Source: Eledone cirrhosa
Taxonomy: Eukaryota
Reading direction: 5' to 3'
NCBI GenBank assembly: GCA_964016885.1
Contig: OZ024742.1
Coordinates: 285,510,001 to 285,574,000 of the forward strand
Length of the DNA stretch: 64,000 bases
The stretch's first letter is position 1. Each line of letters begins with the position of its first letter. The notes below the pieces were generated by a model, which saw nothing but the letters and a program-made list of their open reading frames with translations, made no database searches and was not told the origin of the DNA. This document shows, in pieces, positions 13,440 through 27,370 of the stretch. Both the position numbers and the translations under genes were made by a program.

Positions 13440-13773
13440 ACATATTATAAAGTAAGAAGACACAATAGACACAAATATATAGCTATTTTTTCTTCAATGT
13501 CCCGACTGTACAGTTTCGCTGGTCAGTATGCAAAAATCTTATATCATAGAGATGCAACATTGTTGTGAGGTAAGCCAGCTTTTCAATGGAGTACCTCAGG
13601 GAAAGAGCGCTAACTAGATACGTCCGTAGCATGCGAGAAAATATCAAAAGGCGGAGGGAGACTCTATCACGTTATACACCGGTCAAGAAAGGGACAATGT
13701 ACAGTCGGGACATTGAAGAAAAAATAGGTATATATCTGTGTCTATTATTTCTTCTTACTTTATAATATGTTAC
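13438..13773. mobile_element. Fold-back Penelope-like fragment with degenerate minus-strand HHR
   Basis: Inverted repeat 13438-13512/13699-13773; minus strand TTGAAAA (degenerate core)-GCTGG...CCAGC-GAAAC-TGTACA-GTC. Confidence 0.55.
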
Positions 13774-13933
13774 ATAGCTCTGATATTGAGTCAATTTAAT
13801 TATTTAGATTATCTTGATAATCATAGAGCAACACTGGTTAAGGTACACAACACACAATCTCACATACTTGTGAAAAATGTATGTGTAAATATGCATGTAT
13901 ATGTATGTATACACATATATTTGTGTACCTCTC

Positions 13934-14049
<116 letters not shown>

Positions 14050-14127
14050 GTAAACAGAAATAACAAAACAAACGACATAGTACATTGAAGAAATATATTA
14101 GTTTAACGCTTGAAATAACAAAAAATG

Positions 14128-14166
14128 AGTCTTACTGTTTCGGTCACTAGGCCTTCATCAAAAGAT
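14128..14166 (-). ncRNA. Degenerate minimal HHR, same family as 33055-33088 and ~24785-24820
   Basis: Minus strand TTGATGAAGGCCTAGTGACCGAAACAGTA; shared flank GTTTAACGCTTGA. Confidence 0.4.
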
Positions 14167-15044
14167 AAAGTTAGAAATATGACAAAATAGAAAGATAGTG
14201 GGAAGAGGAAGGAACGGAGAAAAATGAGAAGAAAAACACACATGTATATATACATATAAATGTGTGTATGCATATAAATATATATATGTGTAGGAGGAAG
14301 TTATAGTTCACTTGAAGCATTGTGTAATGAGGTATAAACATTTGTATTTGTATTTGTATTTGGCTTTACAAATACAAACGTTTATATATATGTGTATATA
14401 AATATATATGTATGAATATATATAATAGAGATATAGACTATATGTTATTCTGCCCCTTACAACAAAAGGTTCTCACACAATGGTAGAAGATTTTTGATAC
14501 ATAAATCCCAAATCCCATTCAATTTACATATGATAGATGCATTGATATTCAAAATCTGAATTAAAAAATATTTAATGAAGAAAATTACACTTCAGTTTGA
14601 CATATAGAATATATTTAGTCAACATGAACTTTAAGTGAATATTTTAGCCAGCAACACTGAGTAAATTACAGCAAATCTACGTCGCAGCATTTGATGGATA
14701 ACTTTAATTCGGAGTTAGGGCGTGAAGAGAAGATTTGACGAATAGGTAATTTGCTGTCTTCAGACATAAACACAAGAACCATAGTTTACTGACATATATG
14801 ATATTACCAAATTCCACCACCACCACCACTATTAGTATTAGTATTAGCATCACCACTACTATCACTACTATCTGTACTATCAACTTATCATCATCTTTTT
14901 CTCTTCTTTGCCACACGTCTTCGTTCGTTTCCATTGTGCGCAGTTGAAAATACTGTATGTAAAATATATGTCAGGGTAAAACACATTAACTTAACGTGAC
15001 AATGTGTTGCTGCAGTGATGAGAAAAGATAGAGACAGGGACAGA

Positions 15045-15740
15045 AACAATGGAGGCAGAAATGGCTGGTGGTGGTGGTGGAGAACTGGTGGTTGTGGTGG
15101 CGGGGGGCTGGTGGTGGTGGTGGTGGTGGTGGTAGTGGTGGCTGGTGGCGGTTGGGGCAGTAGTGGTGGTGCTGGCTGTGGTGGTGGTGCTGGCTGGTGG
15201 TGGTGACTGATGGTTGTGGTGGTGGTGGTGATGATGGTGGTGGTGACTGGTAGTGACTGGTGGTGGTGGTGATTGATGGTCGTGGTGGTGGTGGTGGCGA
15301 CTGGTGGTAGTGGTGGTGGTGGTGGCTGGTGGTTGTGGTGGTGGTGGTGGTAGTGGTGAGTGGTGGTGAGTAGTGGTTCTGGTGGTGGCAGTGATGGTGA
15401 TGTTGATAGTGGTAGTGACGGCTGTGGCGGTGTTGTTGTTTTTTGTTTTTTTGTTGGTGGTGGCTGTGGTAATGTTGATGGTGGTGGAGGCAGAAATGGG
15501 TGGTGGTGTTGATGGGGGGTGGGGGGTGGTGTTGATAGTGTTGGCGACTGAGGTGGTGGTGGTGTCGGTGGTGGATGTGGTGGCAGAGGGGGGTGGCGGC
15601 AACTGTCGTGGTGGTGGTGGTGGTGGTGGTGGCGGTTGTCGTGGTGACGAGTGATGAAGGCGGCATCTGCGGTGATGACAGTGATGGTGGTGGTGGTAGC
15701 GGCGTCTATGGTGGTGGCGGTGGTGGTGACTAGTGATGAT
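15045..15740. repeat. Degenerate (GGT)n trinucleotide array
   Basis: Direct reading; source of the poly-P/T/H/V ORFs. Confidence 0.9.
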
Positions 15741-15870
15741 GGAGAGACTACTTGATATGAGGGAGAGAAGGAATGTGGGTTTCTGTAAAATGATAGATGG
15801 ATATAAATGAGGTGAAAGATATCAACACAGCTTCTATGTAAATATATAGCGACATAGAAAACTGCACATG

Positions 15871-15928
<58 letters not shown>

Positions 15929-15969
15929 TTAAAACAATGAAATTAAACACAAAACTGTTAATTCATAGT

Positions 15970-16224
15970 AAAACTCATTATTTTACGATCGTTTCTGGGG
16001 GGGGGGGGTAGTACCCTGTATGTTCATTCAATTATTGATCTATGTAAAACATATTACAAAATATCATAGTAAGAAAAAGATACATACGTCTTCACTACCC
16101 GCCGTCTTCAGAAATAATTGTTTCTACTATTGGCACAAGGCCAGCAAATACTCAGTACATTACTGGTACTTTATTTTATCGACCCCGTAAAGATGAAAGG
16201 CAAAGTTCAGAAATAATGAGTTTT
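15970..16224 (-). ncRNA. Type I hammerhead with ~110-nt stem-loop II; stem I interrupted by a SINE fragment
   Basis: Minus strand: CTGAAGA (16111-16105) ... GAAAC-GATC-GTA; 14-bp perfect stem I 16211-16224/15970-15983; SINE 16119-16205 flanked by TSD TTCAGAAATAAT. Confidence 0.7.
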
Positions 16225-16966
16225 GTTTATTGAAGAATACAAAAAAACATACATATGAATAAGTAAGGTTTTATAACCAGGTTGAAATTGACCAATATTA
16301 AGAAGGGGCAGTATAAATCCTTAAGGTTGGTGGTAGTAGATGAATAAATAGGCCATCAGTAGATAAGGTATCAAATGTCTTTTAAGAAAAGAAATGAGAG
16401 TTGTTAGTGTAAATGAATTTAGACATATTGTATATAAAAGTGTTGATGGTCAAAGAAGATTACGGTTGGAGGAGATGGGATGCTGAGATTAGTGTGTTAC
16501 ATCAAGTAGAATGGAATAGAACAATCTTAAAAAGTTAGTTATTTCTTTGTTGTGAGGAATAATTTGTTCTAAAATTATATAATATAAAAATATATACACA
16601 TGTACACTCACACATGGTTATATATAGGCATACATTTATGCATATACATACATATACACACACAGATATACATATTCACACATACACCTATACTCACACA
16701 TTTATTCACCTATATCATTTTCTATATTTGTTTAGTTGTATTTATAATATTTGAATGTCCTTCTAATTTTATGGTTACACACTAAAATTAATTCTTGTCT
16801 TTTATTTAATAGTGTCCTTCGATTTAGTAATTTCAAAAATTTCTTGGGAACACAGTCCGCACTCCCTTCTATTGCCCTGATAAGAAATAGTTCTCTTAAG
16901 AATCTTCCAAGTTAGGTTATATTTAATATTCTTCTTTTTGTATATTTACATGTATCTCTCTCTTTC

Positions 16967-17094
<128 letters not shown>

Positions 17095-17154
17095 AGTATA
17101 TACACATTCAGCCAATATATATCTATACATGTAAGTATACACATACTCATCAGT

Positions 17155-17256
<102 letters not shown>

Positions 17257-17333
17257 TGACTGATGAGAATGTGTGTATACTTACATGTATATAAATATAT
17301 TAACTGATGAGAATGTGTATATACTTACATGTC

Positions 17334-17367
<34 letters not shown>

Positions 17368-17403
17368 TATGCAATAAACAAAATATGGATGTCCATATTA
17401 AAT

Positions 17404-17476
17404 TTTCATTCTGATGAGCGATTTCAGATATCTCTGTTGAGCTCGTCTGTCTTCGTGAAACCTTTGGTAAATGGAA
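17404..17476 (+). ncRNA. Type I hammerhead ribozyme
   Basis: Stem I TTTCATT/AATGGAA; CTGATGA 17411-17417; stem II GCGA/TCGT; GAAA; stem III ACC-TTT-GGT; GTA cleavage after 17469. Confidence 0.75.
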
Positions 17477-17696
17477 TAATTGTCTTATGTTGTTTATTAC
17501 ATAATTAAATAGCTCTGTAGCATACATAGAGCACTCTCCTTTCCTTTACCATACCTATGGAAATACTTCATATATATATATATATATATTGACTGATGGG
17601 AATGTGTATATACTTACATGTATAAAAGCATACTTGTGTGTGATTGTGTGTGTGTGTGTGTATTTTATGTATATATATACTTCTGAATTAATAACA

Positions 17697-18165
17697 CTAC
17701 CAGAAAAACCACCTTTCGGGTGGTTTTCTGCTGGCATGTGGAGTGTGCATATTTATATTATATGCAAATATACATGCATGCAGATATGATATGTCAAATA
17801 ACACCGTAATTGACAATATGCACAGAAATTGAAGACTGTTACAGTGTCTTCTGTAATCAGTACAGTAATCCAGGATACATTTTAAAAAGACGATATTATT
17901 TATAAGCTGCATTACGGTGAAATGTAATGAAACCTTATATAACGATGCAAATATATGGATGTTTATATAAGCAAGGTAATAAGTGTTATGATATAACGGA
18001 CGTTAACCGGAAGTGTAGACATCTGAACATTTTAAAAGAAGTGAATCTTAAAATAAGCAATCATTATATATAAGAATATTTATTTTTAATCAACAGCTAC
18101 GAAATTTAGTAGATAAATTATGTAATATTCATTCATTATTTATTGAAAGTAATCTGACTTATTTT
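17697..18165 (-). mobile_element. Non-autonomous Helitron-like element; a second copy starts at 37351 and resumes at ~40110-40260
   Basis: Terminal hairpin CAGAAAAACCACC-TTTCG-GGTGGTTTTCTG, with CTAG at the corresponding end of the 37351 copy; collinear similarity to 37351-37550 and 40110-40260. Confidence 0.5.
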
Positions 18166-18189
18166 ACAAACTGGATAAAAAAATACACC

Positions 18190-18790
18190 GATATCTGACG
18201 AGGACTGCTACAGATACCTAGGAATAGATAATATATCCTATGAAACGCGTAACCAGGGAATATTACACCCGATTAAGAAAAATATAGTAATCTGAAATCT
18301 CTGCGTACAATAAAACAGTGGCTCACAATGTGTTTGTTATGCCTGTCCTAACACCAACGTTTGGAATATTCGATTGTACGATAGATGGAATCCGGGCTAT
18401 TGGTGTTAAAACCCGAAGAATCCTAAACAACACTGGACATTAACTGTGATGTAGACCGCTTTTACTTCAAACGTAAGCAGGGGGGGGGGGGGAGCAGAGG
18501 CCTAACATCAGTCTAGACAACATTTGAGTGTCGCATCATATCCCTCCGACAACTTTTACGAACCACCAAACACAGGAGTCAATCTATTGAGCAAGTGTGT
18601 CTACATGAGACATAAGTTCATGAGAGTTGAGAAGGAACTCCTTGAGAAATACTCCTTGCATGATAATGAAAAACTCACACCCAGGGAAATTGTCCAGCAA
18701 TAACGCAGTGAATTCATGAAGAAAAAACTGCGTGCCTTCTTGGGACGTAAAGAGAGAGGGGGGGGGGGGGGAAAGGCTGGAAGCCAAACT
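18190..18790 (+). pseudogene. Decayed R4/Dong-like non-LTR RT remnant
   Basis: YRYLGID, EYYTRLRKI..SEISAYNKTVAHNVFVMPVLTPTFG, VKTRRIL, DVDRFYFKRKQGG.RGL motifs with stops and frameshifts. Confidence 0.75.
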
Positions 18791-19074
18791 TGATTTCGTG
18801 CTCTCGTGAACACTTCACATCACGTCTATAGTGTATACTAGTATTAGACTAGCCTTCTCTACCGTGGATGTATGGGATGCCCTGTCGAGAATGACGTATG
18901 TGTGTCCTGCTGTTTAATCAACTAAGCCTCCTGTTTGATCAGTTGGTCAGTCAACTGAGCGTCCAGTTTGTGTGTTTAATGAGTAAGTTGAGAATTTCAC
19001 AGACGCAATTACCCTTAATATAATTGTCATGTGGAATTAACATAATACAACGCTGGACTTTTATATTACTGGTT

Positions 19075-19235
19075 CAATCCTTTCGTCCGGCTTCCACGCA
19101 GTTTCCGTCTACCAAATTTCACTTACAAGGCTAGGATTGACATGAGGTTGTGGTAAAGACACTTGCTCGTGATGTCATGTAGTAAGACCGAACACGGAAC
19201 CTCCTGATTGCAAAGCGAACTTTCTAACTACCCTC
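19075..19235 (-). mobile_element. tRNA-derived SINE, family C; related fragments 21708-21775, 22660-22760, 25925-26075, 41670-41760
   Basis: Shared GGTAGACGGAAACTG..T.GAAGCC block and a tRNA-like head. Confidence 0.55.
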
Positions 19236-19873
19236 TCCACCGCTTTAGATATCTTCACAATGCTGCTGTGCGACAAAAACATTTAGTTTGTTGTAGCGAG
19301 AGAACGAGATATAGAAGAAAAATCGACCTCAGTAATGGTTTGGTACATCTTTATTGACCTCGAATGGATAAATGGTAAAATTGACCTCGTTAAGATTTGA
19401 CCTGAGAACACAGAGAACCGGATCAAATACTGCAAAGCATAATAAATCTGATTTTCACCGCCCACTTGATGTTGTACTGAAGCATATTAACGATATAAGC
19501 GAAACAATTGGCTTCAACTATCAATTGAAATCATATCACTTTCTCGGATGGCCAGGAACCTACCTCTTTAAGTATTTGTACTGGAAATACTTAGTGCAGT
19601 CTTGTGTATATACATACTACAACAATGATTAAAAACAATAATAACATAGAGATAAAATTATGGCTATATGTTTAGCTGCTTATGAGGGTCACCTATGAGG
19701 AAAGAATATAAAACGTCCTTGACTGATGTTAAAAATGTAAACAAACATTGTATAGAAGTATTAACGACAGACGAACACTTACACACACACACGCTTGCAC
19801 TCGCATATGCACATATGTATATATGCCGGATTGTGTGTGTTTGTGTAACAACATAGCCCTCTCTTTCATATAC

Positions 19874-19919
<46 letters not shown>

Positions 19920-20264
19920 GTTTTTATATTTGTTTTGCAAGTTATTTGATATGAAATCGTGTGTTGAAACATAATTATACATTGGAAGGGTCATGTTGCC
20001 AATAACACACGCACCAATGATTTTCACTTCAGTTTAGGGGTTTATTAGCTTATTAGCTAAGCAAGTAATCCAGTCATCCGTTAGTTTAATAATCGGGTGG
20101 TTGTTAGAATCTTGATTGTCAAAACTCTTTCGTCACACAAGCTGTGGCCTTCTCAATGACTAGTCTTGCTCCTCTGTGTCTCCACTTTGTTCTGGCCTTG
20201 GTCTATCTATACCATCAAGCTATATTGAAGCACACGCACATACATTATTACTGGTAATGGCTAG

Positions 20265-20356
<92 letters not shown>

Positions 20357-20359
20357 CTA

Positions 20360-20401
<42 letters not shown>

Positions 20402-20409
20402 TATAGCTA

Positions 20410-20529
<120 letters not shown>

Positions 20530-21000
20530 GATGTATATACTAAATGTGCGTTTTGGGCAGCATGGCCTTTCCAAAATATATATATAACATCTGAATGTAC
20601 ATACATATTTACACACACATATATATATATGACATCTATGCATATGTGAGTATATATATATATATATATGTATATGTTTGTATTTTGTAAGTATTTACGT
20701 TTATATACATACATGTTTTTAAGTATATATATATATGTAAGTATGTGTGTGTGTGTGTGTGTAATGTGTGTAGTGGTGAAGGTGGGGGAGATAAAAGCTT
20801 AAAAGCTTGGGTACAGTTGGTATGTGATAACGTGGTAAGGCAAAGAAAGCAAACATTTACACTGAAGATAAGTGAAATCTACGTCAAAAAGCTTCAGTCT
20901 TGTCTTGCTTCACACGAATCCAGGCGACTGTCTATTTACATGGTAAATCGATATATATGTATGTGTGTGTATATATAAACCTCAGTATACATATATATAA

Positions 21001-21097
<97 letters not shown>

Positions 21098-21110
21098 AAC
21101 CTAAATATAC

Positions 21111-21166
<56 letters not shown>

Positions 21167-21227
21167 CTAGTAAGTATGTGTATGTGTATATATATATACT
21201 TATATATAAATACCTAGTAAGTATGTG

Positions 21228-21276
<49 letters not shown>

Positions 21277-21557
21277 GGAGAACGTGCTTTATTAATCATA
21301 TCAGTTCATTTCATTCTATTTTATTTAGTGTGTATATTTTGTGCAAAGAAGGAAGATGTGAAGAAACGGTGGACAGACGCCAAGTTGGAATAATTTCCTT
21401 ATAGATTTGTTTATTTTGCCATGTTACGTTAGTACATATTATGTAAATAGAAGCGTACACACACACGCACACATAGTTACTGGTATAGACTAGCTTTCTT
21501 TATATATATATACACACACATACTCTCTCCCCCTTCTTTCTCCCTCCCTCTCTCTCC

Positions 21558-21603
<46 letters not shown>

Positions 21604-24525
21604 GTGTTTGTTTACATGTGCAGTTAGTGCGCAACCTAATCCACTGCCATAGAATTCCACATGTAGAAAAATCCTTTGATATTTTATCTTCTGTTTTTAT
21701 AAAAGAGCAGGCATGAACGTGTGGTTAAGAAGTTCCTTTTACAAACACATTGTGTGAAGTTCGATCCCAATGCGCATCACCGTTTGATTGGCTTATTGAT
21801 TCAACTGGTTTCCGAGGTCAACTTTTCCTTTTATCTGTTCGAGGTCGATAAAAAATACCAGACGAGTCTAGCACTAGGGTCGATTCTTCCTCTATATCTC
21901 TTTCTCATTCTCTATCCTTCTCTGGAAGTAATCTGCTGCATTCAGACGTGAAGAGGATAGGGCTCAACAAGGTTTAAAAAGTACTGGGATCGATTCTTGC
22001 TCTCTAAATCTCTTTCTCACTTCCTCTCTCTCTCACTTTCTATCCTTCTCTGGAAGAGATCTATTGTATTCAGACCTGGAGAGAGGTGGACTCTGCCAGA
22101 TTTACAATGTCTTAGAAATACCGTAAGTGACTACGACGCTGCTACGACTCCATCAGTAGTCACAGGACCATACAATACATCTTATTTATGTAGAAAGAGC
22201 ATGTTTCGTCACTCGGATGATATTCAAACTTAAGAAAATAACGTATAAGAGCTACATGTCTTACATCAGTGATTTTATATTGTGCCCCCTGCCTTTTATA
22301 GGCAGTGGGTTTGGGTGTTTAGAAGGAAAGGAATGGCTGGAGAGGAAATGAGTAAAATATACAAATGAGTAGTTGTTAGTAAAAGTTATTTAATAAATGT
22401 TTAAATAATTAAATATAAATATTAAAATTTAATATTTCATGTGTCATTTTTATCAATTTTGTCGTGAATTAAGTTGTGGAGTGTCGCTGATTAAATATAC
22501 TTTCTAAAGAGGATTTTAGTCTGAAAGGAATTTGTAGTACAGTTTGGTTAGTTTATTTTTAAGGATTCTCTTCTTGCTCTTGCTCAACGGGGTCGCGGTC
22601 ATCCTAAGCCAGCAATCCCAAAGCATCGTCACATGTAGAATTCACAGTATTGTAATCACATGGACACAGTCATGGCTGAGTGGTTAAGAGATTCTCTTCG
22701 CAATCTTGACGACCCGGGTTTGATTCTACCATGTGGCATATTGGGGAAATGTTGGTAACAGAATTTTTGTGATAGCCGGTCAAATGTATTCTACTTATCT
22801 CTAGTTCGGCCAGAGTCAAGTACATCTGACGGACTGTCACAGGCTCTCACAAGCTCTCACGGGCTGACCGATTACATGAAGCTTACAACTTCAGTTAGAC
22901 GTTACTTTAACGAGTCATACGTTCAGTTAGTCAAACTACTGAATCCTTCTTATCGAAACCAATAGAGGATGATCGATCATTCTAAATATATATTATAGAC
23001 CGTCGAGGTTCAATTTTGACTTACATCGTTTCGAGGTCGATAAAATACCACAGTACAGGGCAGTGGCGAAATTATTAGTGTCGGGCAAGATATCTTGCAG
23101 TATTTGTTCCGGGTCTTTGAATTCGGAGTTTAAATCGCTCTGTGACCTATTGGGTTGCTAGACTTAATCCAGTACCTAGTTTAACATCATCATCTGACTC
23201 TCGGGTTCCTTTAGTTCAGCCCATTGTACTGCAGACATTCAGCCTGGTTTCTGAATTCAGGATATCTTCCTCAAAGCCGTCTCAGAGTCCTTGAAAAGGG
23301 CTATCAGCCCTGTCCTTCAACCCCACTTTTCTTGAAGGCTTTGTAAATTGGCATGAATGCTGCTTTTTCCCTCTCTGGCTAAAGAGCAAAAATGATAGAT
23401 GTGTAAACAAAATAAGATATTTGAGCTTGGTTCCTACATATTTTTAAACTTGGAAACTGTATGCGTGAATATTGTACGTCAAAAGTATATTTACACATCT
23501 ATGTGTTGTTGGTTTTTATTTATTTATACGCAATAAGATGTTGTAGGACGCGTATAAGTACTGCGAATAAGGCATTTAGATATAGATATAGATAGAATGG
23601 GAGATAAATATAGAGCTCTATGGGGAGTACGTGATGTAAAGTGATGTATTATAAGTGTGAAAGAAGCGTCGACGTAAATAAAGACGAATGTCAAGGAAGC
23701 GTATATAGAAAAAGCCTGAGGAGGAGGGGGAGAGAAAGGGTTTACCGTCTATCTGCTACTATATAAGTTATTTGTGTAATTCACTGATGTAGGCAAGAGG
23801 TATTTAGATACGTCAAACAGAAACACCTTGCCTACCTTTAGAAATAGAAACAACAAGATGAAAGTCAACAGCGGGATAAGAACATCAGTAGCAGTTGTAG
23901 TAGTGGTACTAATAGCATCAGGAGTAGTAGTAGTAATAGTACTAGTAGTAACAGCAGCAGTAGTAGCAGTAACAACAGCAGCAGCAGCAGTAGTAGTAGT
24001 AGTAACAGCAATAACATACCGTTGCCCATTTTTGGCTGGGAATTGGTCCAATGGTTACCTACCTAGTTGTAATCGTTAATAATGGCTGCTACTGCTGGCT
24101 TGTTTGCTAATTCACGTTGAATTTAGCACATCTAATCATAGACGCGGCAATTAATGTTTGTTTGGGTGCCATTTTTTTTTCTTCTCTCTTCTTTGGTCTG
24201 GCTTTTATCTGTATACAAGGTGAGACCAGCCAGTGCAACACCTATTAAGCTAGTTACGTATTTACTTGTTTGTGGAGGCGCATGGACTAGTGGTAAGTGT
24301 GTTGAACTTATGATCATAACGTCGTTGGTTCGATTCCTGAACTGGGTTGTGTGTTGTGTTCTTGAGCAAAGCATTTTATTTCATGTTACTCTAGTATACT
24401 CGGCTGAAAATGAAGTACCGGCAGTAGCTGGGGATTTAACACTGCGATGGAACCGTGTATACCACAAATCGTCCCTCGGATTGAGTGTTCTACCAGCTTT
24501 GGATATTCATTACGAAATTAAGACA

Positions 24526-24573
<48 letters not shown>

Positions 24574-24867
24574 TGTATCTTAATTGCATATATATATATG
24601 CAATTAATTATATATATATATACTGTATCTTAATTACACATATATATATATACAATTAATTATATATATATATAGTGTATTTGAATTGCACATATAAAAG
24701 ATAAATGGAAGCAACAAAGCAAACAGCATCAAACAGTATAACGAAGAAATATATCAGTTTAACGCTTGATATAGTAGGAAAAGGGTTTTGACATTTAGGA
24801 CACTAGTTCTTCATCTAGCTCTTCCTCAAATAGAATGATAAATTAAAAATTAAAGATTATATTCATG

Positions 24868-24914
<47 letters not shown>

Positions 24915-24960
24915 TGAACAATGAAAACAGAAGTCAGAGACAAGTAGGTAATTAGTTCAT

Positions 24961-25085
24961 TGTTTTACGATCGTTTCAGAGGGTCGATTGATCGTGGAAA
25001 ATCGATATATCAACTAGCATGTTAGTGGTTAGTTCACTTCCTATTCTAATTTCGAAATTCCTGTTCAATCGAACGTCTTCCTCAG

Positions 25086-25090
<5 letters not shown>
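24961..25090 (-). ncRNA. Type I hammerhead with long stem-loop II
   Basis: Minus strand CTGAGGA (25085-25079), AGA/TCT plus TCGATTGA/TCAATCGA stem II, GAAAC-GATC-GTA; stem I cut short by (TA)n. Confidence 0.6.
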
Positions 25091-25158
<68 letters not shown>

Positions 25159-25608
25159 GTGTTTACTTAATTAAGGTAGATCTTGTAACGCTGTTGGAAC
25201 TCAATTTAGTGTAGCAATGAATGTCTCATCGAAACATAGTGAAATCTGTTTTTGTAGAAAAGTTGTAACTTATTACTTGTTGTTGAATATTCAAAGAACT
25301 ACATAATCATGTATATATAGGTTGAACTATGAAAACAAAAAAGACGAAGTTCATTGCTTAATTAATCCATTTTTTACGATCGTTTCAAAGGGTTAAATGA
25401 ACGATGATCATATCGATATATTGATCAATCTATAGCAGTTATGTAACAATTGTTTCTCATGATGAGCGATGAGATGGACGTATTTTGTTGTGGTTAATAA
25501 TATTGAGTTACATATATGCTATCGATCATTGTTCAAGACGCGCGCACACACACACACACATATATATATATATACACACATACATATATACACACATGCA
25601 TACATACA

Positions 25609-25636
<28 letters not shown>

Positions 25637-25639
<3 letters not shown>

Positions 25640-25850
25640 TCGTGTCAGTTTTGCAACAAAGCCTGTAGGTGTGCTGCTAGACACATGCGGCACATGAGAG
25701 TGAATAAGGGTCACGTTAGGGCTATCCGTGAACCTCGTGTGTGCCACATCTGTAAAACGGAATGTACGAACGACGCAGCTTTGCGGAGACATTATCAGGT
25801 TCATCACCGATAAAGAGATGGCCCTCTTGTGTAAAGAAATGGCAATTATC
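25637..25850 (+). mobile_element. RTE-like LINE 3' remnant with two C2H2-like fingers
   Basis: YSCQFCNKAC....HMR and CHICKTECTNDAALRRHYQVHHR*, short 3'UTR, microsatellite flanks. Confidence 0.5.
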
Positions 25851-26209
25851 TCTCTCTCTCTACCTCTCCCCCTATCTCTCTTACCTCCAGTCCCCTATCT
25901 GCGTCTCTCTCTCTCACACACATGATGGGATTCAACTTAACAAATCTCATTCAAAAGGCATTGGTTAATCAGTGACTCTGTTAGAAAACAGTTGTCCAAG
26001 ATGCCGCTCAGAGGGACTGAACCCGAAGTCATGTAGTTGCGAAGCAAAGTCCTTAACCAGGCAGCCATGCCTCACTATATTTGTTATAAACGTAATTGAT
26101 TACACTCAGCCCAGAATTGATCGGTGGCATTGTGACACTATGGAAAACTAAAGTTTAGTTCAAAATCTGGGTTTAAACTGCAACGCATTCACAATTTCAC
26201 CAGAATCCT

Positions 26210-26232
26210 TACTACTACTACTGCTAATGTTG

Positions 26233-26288
<56 letters not shown>

Positions 26289-26298
26289 GCTGCTGCTG

Positions 26299-26361
<63 letters not shown>

Positions 26362-26362
26362 T

Positions 26363-26439
<77 letters not shown>

Positions 26440-26548
26440 ATAATAATAATAATAATAATAATACTACTACTACTATTGATGTTGTTGTTCTGAAGATTAT
26501 TAAACCTTTGAAAATGTCAAGGCTGAAAATAGAGAAAGTGCAAATTAG

Positions 26549-26597
<49 letters not shown>

Positions 26598-26600
26598 ACT
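26210..26600. repeat. (CTA)n/(CTG)n/(TAA)n array; similar (CTA)n at 30612-30690
   Basis: Direct reading. Confidence 0.95.
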
Positions 26601-26999
26601 TCTCGTGATGGTTTCACTCTCAATAACCGTTTCCGATTGGAAGTCATTGAGGTTTTTGTGATGGTGACTGCATGTGTTGGGGCTAGGGGGAAAGGTCAGT
26701 TATGTTGTCACCAATTAAAATAAAACCTCTCTAATGGTTGATGGCTTTGGGGTCATATTGGTTATGTGAATGAGAGAGGGGGTAGAAAGAGAAGGGGCGA
26801 GGGAGAGAGAAAGGGAACTGAGAGAGGGTGTGAGATAGGGGCAGAGAGAGAAGGGGTGAGGGAGAGGGGCAGAGAGAGAAGGGTGAAAGGGAGAGCGAGG
26901 AGTCAGTGAGAGAAGCAGAGAGAGAAAGGAGAGAGAAAGAGGGCAGAGAGAGGAGATGGAGAGAGAAAGGGGCAGAATGAGAAGAGGTGAGGGCAGGGG

Positions 27000-27063
<64 letters not shown>

Positions 27064-27327
27064 GAGAGGTGTGAGGTATAAGAACTAGAGAATAATAGAG
27101 AGGTATAGAAAAGGTTTTTAGAAAGAACAGTGGAGTGATATATCGGATGGTGAAAGCTCTGTTTGTGTAACAACAGTCAGTCCTTCTTAATAACCGCCAT
27201 TTAGTTATATCTTTGAACGACTGAGTGCAACATACAGATCACATGATAGGTGTGGGGCTCTATCAGTAAAACATTTCCCAGAAAACCTTATAAGAGGCCA
27301 CCTAGACCCACGCAGGGTTGAACCATT

Positions 27328-27370
<43 letters not shown>

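Noticed and set aside
14986-15666. Pro/Thr/His-rich mucin- or extensin-like ORFs, also 42876-43728
   Set aside because: Degenerate trinucleotide repeats open in several frames
18195-18250. Apparent HHR (CTGACGA...GAAACGCGTA)
   Set aside because: No stem I, poor stem II, and it lies within R4-like RT coding remnant (DEDCYRYLGID)
24272-24345. tRNA gene
   Set aside because: SINE head: A and B boxes are present but there is no full cloverleaf, and it continues into the SINE body
25469-25813. Host C2H2 zinc-finger gene
   Set aside because: No TGEKP linkers, N-terminus is microsatellite, and the layout matches an RTE 3' end
27205-27320. LYVALSR resembling PIF1/Helitron helicase motif VI
   Set aside because: Only 7 residues match and the upstream motif V is absent; may be chance
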